The notes below the pieces were generated by a model that was not told the DNA's origin, searched no databases, and saw only the letters and a list, made by a program, of their open reading frames with translations. Of a DNA stretch of 64,000 bases, positions 1-8,689 are shown piece after piece. The DNA is from an uncultured Thermoplasmata archaeon (GTDB lineage: Archaea > Thermoplasmatota > Thermoplasmata > RBG-16-68-12). Numbering within the stretch: position 1 is the stretch's first letter; each line of letters begins with the position of its first letter. The DNA lies in contig CAVYJM010000006.1 of assembly GCA_963768855.1 (NCBI GenBank), positions 736,001 through 800,000 on the forward strand, read 5' to 3'. The position numbers and the translations under genes are program-made.

Positions 1-2
1 CG

Positions 3-1001
3 GGGTGCGGCGTCCGCTTTGCCTCCGAGGAGGAGGCTGGACTGGCTGCCGCGGAGCCTTCCCCCCCGCAGGAACGTCCTCCTCCTGCATCCGTGTCTCC
101 AGCCGCGCCCGCCGCGTCGGCCTCCCCAGCGGCTCCCAGGCCGCCTGACACCGTGAGGCTGGGGCTGGGCCCCAAGGTGGAAGGCCTCCGTGACGAGGTC
201 CGCAGCGAGCGTCGGGACATCCCGTACGGAGATCGCAAGCTCATCGCGCGAGAGTTGCCGCGGCTCGTCAACGAGGTCAAGCCTCTTCTGGTCAGCGCGA
301 AGCGGATCGGAGTCGGCATCGATGGCGGGAAGCGGCTCATCAACAGCGCCGTCGAGGCCGGGAAGCGCAAGGAGATGGAGAAGGCGGTCCGCCTGATCTC
401 GGATGCCCGCCACTCCCTCGATGTCGCGTTCGTCGACTTCGTCGGCAGCCGCCTGGTCGCGCTCGCCTCGGAGGTGGAGGCGGCCGGCCCCGGCGACGCC
501 GCGAATCTCGCTCGCCCCCAGCTCGAAGACGCTTTCGCCCGACTGAAGGATCGCGAGTACGACGCCGCATGGGACGCCCTCCAGGCCGCGAAGACTACGT
601 TCCAGTCCCAGGCCCGTGAGTACACGGAGGGACGCAAGATCCTGGAAGCGACCGAGCGGCTGCTCGGCGAGGTGCGGAGCCTCGGGATGGATTCGAAGGA
701 GGTCGAACGCCTGGTGCGGCAAAGCCGCGAGGCCGGCGAACGCCGCGATCTGCCCGGGTCCCTGCGACTCGCACGCCAGGCCCAGGAGCGCCTGCTCCAG
801 GCGGTGCCCGAGTTCGTGCAGGTCGAGATGCGCAATGCACGGGACCGCCTCTTGGACGTGAAGGTGCGGGGCGGAGATCTGTCCAAACCCGTCGGGATCC
901 TCAAGGAGGCCAGCGCGCACGTGAAGAACGAGGAGTGGAGCGAGGCCATCCGGTTCCTGAAGGAGTTCGAGAAGGAGATCTCCCGTCTGCCGAAAGCCTG
1001 A
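3..1001 (+). CDS. Hypothetical coiled-coil protein, 5'-partial (frame open from the window edge)
   Basis: The frame of ORF 93..1001 is open back to position 3 (GCGVRFASEEE..., possibly the end of a Zn ribbon). A Pro/Ala linker is followed by helical heptad-rich sequence. Confidence 0.7.
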   Translation, partial: GCGVRFASEEEAGLAAAEPSPPQERPPPASVSPAAPAASASPAAPRPPDTVRLGLGPKVEGLRDEVRSERRDIPYGDRKLIARELPRLVNEVKPLLVSAKRIGVGIDGGKRLINSAVEAGKRKEMEKAVRLISDARHSLDVAFVDFVGSRLVALASEVEAAGPGDAANLARPQLEDAFARLKDREYDAAWDALQAAKTTFQSQAREYTEGRKILEATERLLGEVRSLGMDSKEVERLVRQSREAGERRDLPGSLRLARQAQERLLQAVPEFVQVEMRNARDRLLDVKVRGGDLSKPVGILKEASAHVKNEEWSEAIRFLKEFEKEISRLPKA

Positions 1002-1013
1002 CCGACCTGGCGG

Positions 1014-3125
1014 TCAACCGGCGCGGACGACTTCCATCTCCCGCTCGAGCATCCGGAGTTCCTGCTCCTTCACCGTCGCGGGTCCCAAGGAGATCAGGAA
1101 GATGTGGTGGCCCTCGGAGACCGTGTCGACGAGTCTCCGGACGAACTTGAGGACCGCGTCGAAGGAGTTGTTCGAAACGAGGTACTCGACGCCGTCCAGC
1201 ATGATCGAGCCCTGCGGCCGCTTCGACATGAAGCCTTCGATCTCGTAGACGATTCGCTCGAGCGCGGGGGCGATTGTCTCCTCCTTGCTCCCCTCGCGGT
1301 CCGTGAGCCAGAGGACGCGGACGGCATCGAGCGAGAAGGATTCCCGGACCCGTTTGGGGTTCGTTCGGGTGATGAGCAAGCCGCCCTTGGCTCCGTCGAC
1401 CGCCTTCGCGAAGAGCCGGTACGCCTGCTCCGGACGGTCCTCCTCGACTAGGTAGCTCCGTCCCGCCCGCAGGTCCTTCGGAACGCCGGACGGGGGAGCG
1501 GTCCTCGTCTCCTTCGTCGGCTCCACGACTTCCTGCCGCAGAACTTCCTTCGCGAGGTCCGCGGTGATCGGGCGCTCCATGAGCGACGAGAAGGCCACAA
1601 CGCGGTTCAGCGCGCCACCGAGCTCGCGAACGTTGTCCTCGACGAGGTTTGCGATGTACCGGAGGACGTCGGTGTCGACCGTCAGATGCGCGTCCTCCGC
1701 GCGCTGTCGCAGGATCTGAATTCGGGTGTCGAGTTCGGGTGCCTGGATGTTGGCGAGGAGGCCGGATTCGAACCGGGAGACGAGGCGGTCGTCGAGCTGC
1801 GTGATGGCCTTGGGAGGCCGGTCACAGGCGAAGACCAATTGTTTCCCGCCGTTCGAGAGCTCATCGAATATCCGCAGGACTTCCTCTTGGAGGTCGCCCT
1901 TCCCGCTGAGGAACTGCAGGTCGTCGAGAAGGAGGCAGTCAAGCGATCGGACGCGTTCGTGGAAGCCCCCCGATCCGCGGACGCCCCGCGACGCCTCGAG
2001 ATGGCCGGCGAGCGCCTCGCACGTGAGATACAGGACCTGCGACCCGGGACGGTGGGCGCGCAGGTAGTTGCCGACGGCGTTGAGGAGATGGGTCTTCCCG
2101 AGCCCGGGGCCCGACGTCACGACGAGGGGGTTGTATGCGCCGCCCGGTTGCTTCCCCGCGGCGATCGCGGCGCCGTAGGCGAAGCGGTTGCTCTCCCCCA
2201 CGATGAAGGCGTCGAAGGTGTACTGCTCGATGAGCTCGGTGGCCTGGTCGCGCGTCGGCGTGGGACCCTCGAGGACCTTGGCGACCTCTTCCCTCGACGG
2301 GGTGGGGATGTCGGACCGCATCGCTCCGCGTTGACGGAGCACGAGTTCGAGCACTTTCTTCGTCCGCTCCTGCGAGTCACGCTCCCTGGTGACCTCGATG
2401 CGGCGCCGCTCCTCGATTCGCTTGTAGCTCTCCACCGCATCCCGGAGGCTCTCGACCTCCGAGTCGATGTCCGGGTTGCGGAGTGGATCCCTCAGCTTCT
2501 GATGGAGGGCGGCCGCCCGCGCCTCGAATCCCCTGGTGTCGAGCCCTTTCAGCGTATCCTCGACGGCCTCCGCGCGGCGGATCGCCTCGAGCAGGGACAG
2601 ATAGGCTCCGGTGACCACGCCAGGATTCCCGTTGATCTGGTCCTGAACGGAGTTCACGACGAAGCCCCGCGTCCTCCACTCCGCGAGCTTGGCCTCAATC
2701 TCGGCCCGGTCGATTACCTGGGGCACTTTCGGCTTCTTGATCACCTTCGCCGGCCGCTCGAGGATCGCGTCCGCGTACTCCGCAATCAGGCCGTCCATGT
2801 CGATGCGAGCGTGGAGCTCGATGGTCGCCTCATCGACGTAGGAGTCTTGCCACACCCGCTTGAGTGCAGCTCGGCCTCGCTCCTGATCCTCCCCGCGCTG
2901 GTGGAGGCTCGCCTCGGGGCTTCCGGCGCGGAGCAGGACGATCCCCTCCGAGCGCACTCCGTCGCGCGTCAGGACGATTCGCACGTAGCCCGAGAAGGAG
3001 TACTTCTTGAGGTCGAGCAGGAGCTGTTTGAGGGCGCTGGCTCCGCCTCGCGTGGTGCGGATGAGTTTTCCTTCTGGGAGAAGAAGGTCCTGCGGCGTAG
3101 GACTTCCTCGAGACTCCCGAGCCAT
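1014..3125 (-). CDS. DnaA-like AAA+ ATPase fused to an N-terminal DUF2226-like region and a C-terminal DUF835 (inactive KaiC-like) domain; no DnaA domain IV
   Basis: YTFDAFIVGESNRFAY, Walker A GPGLGKTHLL, Walker B LLLDDLQFL, ACDRPP, RLVSRFESGL and sensor II NVRELGGALNR match DnaA domain III. C-terminal GLLITRTNP...VLWLT...IMLDGVEYLVSNNSF is DUF835-like. Confidence 0.8.
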   Translation of the reverse strand: MARESRGSPTPQDLLLPEGKLIRTTRGGASALKQLLLDLKKYSFSGYVRIVLTRDGVRSEGIVLLRAGSPEASLHQRGEDQERGRAALKRVWQDSYVDEATIELHARIDMDGLIAEYADAILERPAKVIKKPKVPQVIDRAEIEAKLAEWRTRGFVVNSVQDQINGNPGVVTGAYLSLLEAIRRAEAVEDTLKGLDTRGFEARAAALHQKLRDPLRNPDIDSEVESLRDAVESYKRIEERRRIEVTRERDSQERTKKVLELVLRQRGAMRSDIPTPSREEVAKVLEGPTPTRDQATELIEQYTFDAFIVGESNRFAYGAAIAAGKQPGGAYNPLVVTSGPGLGKTHLLNAVGNYLRAHRPGSQVLYLTCEALAGHLEASRGVRGSGGFHERVRSLDCLLLDDLQFLSGKGDLQEEVLRIFDELSNGGKQLVFACDRPPKAITQLDDRLVSRFESGLLANIQAPELDTRIQILRQRAEDAHLTVDTDVLRYIANLVEDNVRELGGALNRVVAFSSLMERPITADLAKEVLRQEVVEPTKETRTAPPSGVPKDLRAGRSYLVEEDRPEQAYRLFAKAVDGAKGGLLITRTNPKRVRESFSLDAVRVLWLTDREGSKEETIAPALERIVYEIEGFMSKRPQGSIMLDGVEYLVSNNSFDAVLKFVRRLVDTVSEGHHIFLISLGPATVKEQELRMLEREMEVVRAG

Positions 3126-3329
3126 CCCGAAGCCCCTCTAAATAGGTTGCAACGTAGTTACGAATGCTGAGAACACCCTCGGTTTCCGCTCCAGTGCGCC
3201 CGCATGTTCACGACCCGCAAAGGAGGCAGAGGCGGGCGTTGCCGGCGAAGTGTTTTCCCTCTTGACCGGAGCGCTCAGTAACGTCCTAAGCAAAACTCTA
3301 TTATCTTCTTGGATTTTGCCGCGATTGCC

Positions 3330-4577
3330 ATGGCCCGGGCTTTCTTCACGATGGATGATTTTGACCTCTCGGGTCGCACGGTGCTCCTCCGGGTCGACAT
3401 CAACTCGCCGATCGATCCGGCGACCAAGACGCTGCTCAACGACGCGCGCCTCCGCGAGCACCTCTCCACCATCCGCGACCTCCGGGGCTCAAAGGTCGTC
3501 GTACTTGCGCACCAGTCCCGTCCGGGAAAGGATGACTTCACGTCCCTCGCGCCGCACGCGGAGCGCCTCTCCAGCCTGCTCGGCCGCCCTGTTAAGTTCG
3601 TGGATGGCCTGTACAACCGGGAGGCCCTCGACGCCATCCGCGGCCTCGAGACGGGGGACGTCCTCGTCCTGGAGAACGTTCGGTTCTTCGCCGAGGAGGA
3701 CGCCCTCGCCGACTCAAAGATCGAGAAGATGGCCAAGACGCACATCGTCCGGAAGCTCGCACCGCTCGCGCAGTACTTCGTCCTCGACGCGTTCGCCGCC
3801 GCCCACCGGGCCCAGCCGAGCCTCGTCGGCTTCGTGGACGTGCTGCCGACCCTCGCGGGCCGCGTCATGGAGAAGGAGCTCACGATGCTCGATCGCGCGA
3901 TTCACAGCCAGGACCGCCCCAAGATCGCGATCTTCGGGGGCGTGAAGGCGGACGACAGCATCGCCGTTTCGAAACACATGCTCGAGAAGGGCGTCGTCGA
4001 CAAGGTGCTGACGACCGGCGGCGTCGCGAACATGTTCCTCCAGGCGGACGGAAAGGACCCCGGCCCCCTCACGACGGAGTTCATGAAGAAGGAGATCGAG
4101 GAGTACGACACATACGTCGGCCAGTGCAAGGAGCTCCTCGCGAAGTACCGGGACCGGATCCTCATGCCGACGGACGTCGTCCTGAACGACGGGGGCCAGC
4201 GGAGGCCCGCCCTCGTGAAGGAGCTGCCTTCCGCCCTGCAGGTCTACGATATCGGCCTCGACACGCTCGCGCGGTACATCGAGGAGATCCGCGCGGCGAA
4301 GACGGTCTTCTTCAACGGCCCCGCCGGCGTGTTCGAGAAGGACGAGTTCGCCGTCGGAACGCGGGAGCTCCTCCAGGCCATCGCGGAATCGGATGCCTTT
4401 TCGGTCGTCGGCGGAGGACACACGGTCGCCGCGGTGGAGCAGTACGGTCTCGAGGACGCGATGGGCCACGTGAGCACGGGCGGAGGCGCGCTGATCAACT
4501 ACCTGGCGGGCAAGGAGCTCCCCCTCGTCACGGCCCTGGAGCGATCCTACAAGAAGTTCTCCCAGAAGAAAGCGTAG
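3330..4577 (+). CDS. pgk: Phosphoglycerate kinase
   Basis: LLRVDINSP, VLAHQSRPG, LENVRFFAEE, DAFAAAHR, FFNGPAGVFE, VGGGHT and HVSTGGGA motifs. Start taken at ATG 3330. Confidence 0.95.
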   Translation: MARAFFTMDDFDLSGRTVLLRVDINSPIDPATKTLLNDARLREHLSTIRDLRGSKVVVLAHQSRPGKDDFTSLAPHAERLSSLLGRPVKFVDGLYNREALDAIRGLETGDVLVLENVRFFAEEDALADSKIEKMAKTHIVRKLAPLAQYFVLDAFAAAHRAQPSLVGFVDVLPTLAGRVMEKELTMLDRAIHSQDRPKIAIFGGVKADDSIAVSKHMLEKGVVDKVLTTGGVANMFLQADGKDPGPLTTEFMKKEIEEYDTYVGQCKELLAKYRDRILMPTDVVLNDGGQRRPALVKELPSALQVYDIGLDTLARYIEEIRAAKTVFFNGPAGVFEKDEFAVGTRELLQAIAESDAFSVVGGGHTVAAVEQYGLEDAMGHVSTGGGALINYLAGKELPLVTALERSYKKFSQKKA

Positions 4578-4610
4578 GCCGCGGCACAGGGTTCAAGTAT
4601 CCGGCGGAGG

Positions 4611-5984
4611 GTGGCTCCGCCGATGCGGTTCGGGGGTCTGAGGAAGCCTCAGGACTGGGGCGTCGAGCCGGTGCCTCCGGAGAAGCGCAACCTCCGCACG
4701 ATCGATCTCGGGGTCCTCTGGTTCAACCTGGGCGTCGGGCTCCTCGTCCTCTATGCGGGGACGTTCATCACGGGCTACGGGTTCGGGCTCATTCCCCTGC
4801 TCGGGATCGTCTTTGCGGGGTCCGTGCTCGGAAGCGTCTTCCTCGCGGGCGCCGGGACGATTGGCACACGCCACGGCGTGCCGACGATGGTCAGCCTCCG
4901 GCCAATCTTCGGGCGGCGCGGATCGTTCGCGCCCACCGCGCTCAACGCGGCCCAGCTCTTCGGCTGGACCGCGCTGGAAATCTGGGTCATGTCCGTGGCG
5001 GCGAACGCCTTGTCGGGCCCGTTCCTCGGAACCTTCACGGGCGTCTTCTGGGTCGTCCTGTTCGGCGCGTTCTGCGGGTTCCTCGCCTGGGGCGGACCCA
5101 TGGTGGTCGTCAAGGACTGGCTCGAGCGGATTGGCCTGTGGCTCGTCCTGGCGGGGGCCGGATGGATCACGTTCCGGCTCGTGACGGCCCCGGGCGTGGC
5201 CGCGTCGCTCCCCCTCTGGGGCGGCGACTGGACCAAGGCGGGTCTCGGGCTGGACCTGGTCATCGCGATGCCGATCTCGTGGTGGCCTCTCGTCGCGGAC
5301 TACAACCGGTTCGCGGAGTCGAACCGCAAGGCGTTCCTCGGCACGACGATCGGGTATGTCACGGCGAACACCTGGTTCTACCTCCTCGGAGCCGTCATGT
5401 TCCTGGTGCTTGGCCTTTCGAACGCGAGCGATGTCTTCGCAGCCGCCATCGTCGGCGTGTACGGGGCGCTTGCCCTGGTGGCCATCCTCGCAGACGAGAC
5501 GGACAACGGCTTCGCGAACATCTACTCGACGAGCGTCTCGCTCCAGAACATCCGGCCGAAGGCCACGCTCCGCCGCCTCGTGCCAATCGTGACCACCGCC
5601 GGACTCGCGGTCGCGGCGCTCCTGACGGCCCTGCCCCAGGCGAGCGTCCTCGTGTACCAGCCGTTCCTCTACTTCATCGGCGGCGTGTTCGTCCCGATGC
5701 TCGGCGTCGTCCTTGCGGACGTCTACGTGGTGCGTCGGTCCGGCTACGCGCCCGAGGAGTTCCGCGACGGCGGGAAACGTTCCTCCGTACCCGCCTTCAT
5801 GGCGTGGATCCTCGGCATGGCCACGTACTTCCCGATCTACCTCGTGAACTCGCAGTACGTCTCGCTCGACCTGGGAGGGCTCAATCTCCTGGGTGCCAGC
5901 GTGCCCTCGTTCGCGCTCTCGGCGGGGGTATACATCGCCGCGACGAGGCTCCTCGCCCCGGCCGATGAGCGCGCTCCCGCGTGA
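4611..5984 (+). CDS. NCS1-family (purine-cytosine permease / CytX-like) transporter
   Basis: About 12 hydrophobic segments; GTRHGVPTMVSLRPIFG, MPISWWPLVADYNRF and NIYSTSVSLQN motifs typical of NCS1. Confidence 0.85.
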   Translation: MAPPMRFGGLRKPQDWGVEPVPPEKRNLRTIDLGVLWFNLGVGLLVLYAGTFITGYGFGLIPLLGIVFAGSVLGSVFLAGAGTIGTRHGVPTMVSLRPIFGRRGSFAPTALNAAQLFGWTALEIWVMSVAANALSGPFLGTFTGVFWVVLFGAFCGFLAWGGPMVVVKDWLERIGLWLVLAGAGWITFRLVTAPGVAASLPLWGGDWTKAGLGLDLVIAMPISWWPLVADYNRFAESNRKAFLGTTIGYVTANTWFYLLGAVMFLVLGLSNASDVFAAAIVGVYGALALVAILADETDNGFANIYSTSVSLQNIRPKATLRRLVPIVTTAGLAVAALLTALPQASVLVYQPFLYFIGGVFVPMLGVVLADVYVVRRSGYAPEEFRDGGKRSSVPAFMAWILGMATYFPIYLVNSQYVSLDLGGLNLLGASVPSFALSAGVYIAATRLLAPADERAPA

Positions 5985-6082
5985 CCGGGTCGCTCGATAT
6001 CCAGCCGTAGGCCGTAGCTCCGATCAGGTTGCCGCATAAATGGAAGGTGGGAGCGGTGCGATCCGCCCCCTTGGATTTCCGT

Positions 6083-7450
6083 TCAGCTCTGGTAGCCCAC
6101 GATGACCTGGGGCAGCGGGAACGTCCCGCCGTTCTGCTGGAACGTGGCGAGCGTATCATCCGTGTAGACGACCGCGGCCTTCCCGTTCGCGTTGATGGAG
6201 ATCTCGAACAGGTCCAGCAAGGTCCTCGTGAGGAGCGGGTTCACGCAGCCCGTCCCGCTCGTGCAGATCACGCCGACGTGGTTCGCGTGGTCGGAGACGA
6301 CCGACTGGGAGAAGTGCACGCCGTCCGTGGACTGGCTCATGTAGGTGTTCCAGACCGCGCTCGGGTCGTCCTTGCTCGAAGCTGTCGTCCCGTAGTACGC
6401 GACGTCAATCAGGCCGTTGCGCGCCGCGATGGCGGGGAAGACGGCCGTGGCCGCGTTGCCCGTGTTCACGACGACCGCGGTCGACCAGGTGGTTCCGTGG
6501 TCCGCGCTCATGGAGACGGAGACGCCATGTGCATCCGACCAGGTCGCGAACAGGTTGCCGTTGCTCGGGTCCACCGCGAGCATGGGGAAGACGTTGTTCA
6601 GCGCCGTGAAGAGCGGCGCGTGGTACACGAGGCTCGCCTTCCACGTCCTCCCGAAGTCCGTGCTGCGGGAGACGAAGATGTTGTTGAAGTTCGCGCTCGT
6701 CCCCTTCTGGATCCCGGGCTGGCCCGCCGCGTAGACGGCGAAGACGTCGTGGGTCGTCGGGTCGGCCACGAGCTGTCCCTGGTCGTTGTTGAACGTCGCA
6801 TCGGCGGTCGTCCCATCCTGACCCACGACGGGGTTGCCGACCTTCACCCAGGTGAATCCATCGTCCATCGATCGTTGCACGTGGATGAGCGTGCTCGAGC
6901 CGCTGTCGTGGTAGGAGATGTAGACGACCGGTCCGTCCGACGTGATCCACTGGCGATCCGCCTGCGTCGTGTCGATGAGCTTCGCGGTGCACCCCGTGAA
7001 GTCGGACGCGGACGCGAAGTGTGGACATGCGATGGCGGACACGCCTAGCTGGGCCGCGTTCATCGTCGGGTTGAAGATGAACATGAGCGTGGACGCGTGG
7101 AGCGTGCCCGTGGACCCGAAGTCCAGGTCCTCGTCACCGCCGCCGATTCCGGTCCCGATGTGCGCGTCAATGGGTCCGATGGCGGCCGGCGCCGTCCCGA
7201 AGGAACCCTTCCAGACGTCCGTCTGGAACTGGAACCAGTCGAGTCCGCCGAGGACCACGGTGCCATCCGGGCCGATCGTGACCGCGGGCTCGCTGCCGCC
7301 CATGCCGGGCGAATCGGGTTGCAGCAGGAAATTCGAGAAAGTCACGGTCGTCGAGGGGGGCTTCGCGTAGGCTCCGGTTCCGAAACCGACCGCGGCGACC
7401 ACCGAGCCGACCAACGCCAAGCTCACGAACAGGGCGAGTGCGATACGCAT
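6083..7450 (-). CDS. Secreted BNR/Asp-box beta-propeller protein (sialidase-like fold)
   Basis: Signal peptide MRIALALFVSLALVGSVVAAVG after a GGAGG SD; Asp-box repeats SMDDGFTW, STDFGRTW, SADHGTTW. Confidence 0.8.
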   Translation of the reverse strand: MRIALALFVSLALVGSVVAAVGFGTGAYAKPPSTTVTFSNFLLQPDSPGMGGSEPAVTIGPDGTVVLGGLDWFQFQTDVWKGSFGTAPAAIGPIDAHIGTGIGGGDEDLDFGSTGTLHASTLMFIFNPTMNAAQLGVSAIACPHFASASDFTGCTAKLIDTTQADRQWITSDGPVVYISYHDSGSSTLIHVQRSMDDGFTWVKVGNPVVGQDGTTADATFNNDQGQLVADPTTHDVFAVYAAGQPGIQKGTSANFNNIFVSRSTDFGRTWKASLVYHAPLFTALNNVFPMLAVDPSNGNLFATWSDAHGVSVSMSADHGTTWSTAVVVNTGNAATAVFPAIAARNGLIDVAYYGTTASSKDDPSAVWNTYMSQSTDGVHFSQSVVSDHANHVGVICTSGTGCVNPLLTRTLLDLFEISINANGKAAVVYTDDTLATFQQNGGTFPLPQVIVGYQS

Positions 7451-7572
7451 GCTTCGCTCCTCCTCCAAGAGGTGCGCGGGCGAAGACGGGAGCGTGTCAA
7501 ATACCTTTCCCCAAGGAGAAACGTTGTTCTCAACGGTGAGAGGAAAGCATGGGCCACCGGGGAGCTGGGAAG

Positions 7573-7587
7573 AAGCCACCGCAGGGA
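7573..7587. repeat. att-like direct repeat copy (AAGCCACCGCAGGGA), identical to the tRNA-Thr 3' end at 8519..8533
   Basis: Exact 15-bp match read directly at 7573..7587 and 8519..8533. Confidence 0.85.
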
Positions 7588-7804
7588 AGCAGCCCAAGAA
7601 TGGGTATGCAACCAAGTAGTCCCCGGATAACGTGCCCGCTCGGGGGCGGCGGAGGCGGGCACCTTTCCTTTATGACCACCTGTGACTCTCTCGGGGGCGG
7701 GTGATGCTTTGCCAGCGACCGGTGAAAGCCTGAAACGGAGGCGACCAGGTCCGTCCATCTCCTCCTCGAGAAGCCCCATCGACCTATGCCGTGACGGGTG
7801 AGCC

Positions 7805-7942
7805 ATGGGCGCATGCGCTGAATGCGGAGCGGAGACAGAGTTCGAATGGGCCCGGCCGGATGTATCGAAGCAGAAGATTGAACAGGTCGGACCCAAGGAC
7901 CTCATCTGCCTGCGATGTTACATGCGCCTCCATTGGTCGTAG
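7805..7942 (+). CDS. 45-aa CxxC...CxxC zinc-finger microprotein (below the ORF-track size cutoff)
   Basis: MGACAECGAETEFEWARPDVSKQKIEQVGPKDLICLRCYMRLHWS; SD-like GGGTGA just upstream of the ATG. Confidence 0.7.
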   Translation: MGACAECGAETEFEWARPDVSKQKIEQVGPKDLICLRCYMRLHWS

Positions 7943-8087
7943 GGCTTTGACAAGCTGGAAGGACATCACATCGTGTCGTGAGTGGTGTCGCCTCCGCGAG
8001 CGCAACTGATTCGCGGCGGTGGACGGCCTCAAAACCGAAGCGCGGGCACCTTCCCTGTTCGCGGCCATCGAGGTAAGCGTTCTCTGG

Positions 8088-8435
8088 TTATTCGATATGC
8101 GCATGGACAAACGAGTTTGTGCTTTCGGCCTTCTGAAGGAATGTTAGGAGTCGTTTGAGTCCCTGCTTCAGTGGCGAAGTCAAGAGTGCTCCAACCTCGG
8201 AACCTTCGGTGACCAAGTACTCGATGTCTCGCACCAACGCAGGGATTTCATCCGGCGAGAAGGTCTCGTCCGAGCAGGCTGGTGCAGGTCCCAATCGGCG
8301 GAGTTGTCGCAACTCCCGCGTGAGTCTTCCGATGAGCTTCCATAGTTCGTCTTCGACGTGGTCGTCCAGAGAAATGGCCTTCGGCGCTCGGTAGGCGTCC
8401 GCTACTGTCCGCCCCGAACTTATCGAAATCGGCAT
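8088..8435 (-). CDS. Orphan hypothetical protein (~115 aa) inside the tRNA-Thr element
   Basis: ORF MPISISSGRTVADAYRAPK...; helical amphipathic pattern, no recognisable family. Confidence 0.45.
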   Translation of the reverse strand: MPISISSGRTVADAYRAPKAISLDDHVEDELWKLIGRLTRELRQLRRLGPAPACSDETFSPDEIPALVRDIEYLVTEGSEVGALLTSPLKQGLKRLLTFLQKAESTNSFVHAHIE

Positions 8436-8519
8436 TGGTCTTTCCAGATGTGTCAGCGTCCTCCTCGAATCCTTTCTCCCGGCATAGCCCTTCCGGCCGC
8501 TCGGGGGAGACGGGAGGCA

Positions 8520-8593
8520 AGCCACCGCAGGGATTCGAACCCCGGACCTGCAGTTTACGAAACTGCCGCTCTAACCGGCTGAGCTACGGTGGC
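8520..8593 (-). tRNA. tRNA-Thr(CGT)
   Basis: GCCACCGTAGCTCAGCCGGTTAGAGCG-GCAGT TT CGT AA ACTGC-AGGTCCGGGGTTCGAATCCCTGCGGTGGCT folds as a cloverleaf; no encoded CCA, no intron. Confidence 0.95.
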
Positions 8594-8689
8594 GCGAGTC
8601 GCGCTGAAAGGTTCCTGCCCCATAAAGATTCCGTGCTCGGTCCGTGCCTCTCCGCCAACGTTTAAACCTGTCCGGACCATCGGCCCGTC

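Larger units (their letters stand above)
7573..8533. mobile_element. ~0.96 kb tRNA-Thr-integrated mini-element or island remnant, no integrase
   Basis: Flanked by a 15-bp direct repeat of the tRNA 3' end. The interior is visibly less GC-rich than its neighbours and holds only small orphan ORFs. Confidence 0.65.

Noticed and set aside
3126-3329. Replication origin next to the DnaA-like gene
   Set aside because: No TTATCCACA-type boxes, ORB repeats or extended AT-rich unwinding element seen, and the protein lacks domain IV.
6083-7450. Definite sialidase activity
   Set aside because: Only Asp-box repeats are evident; I could not identify the sialidase arginine triad or RIP motif.
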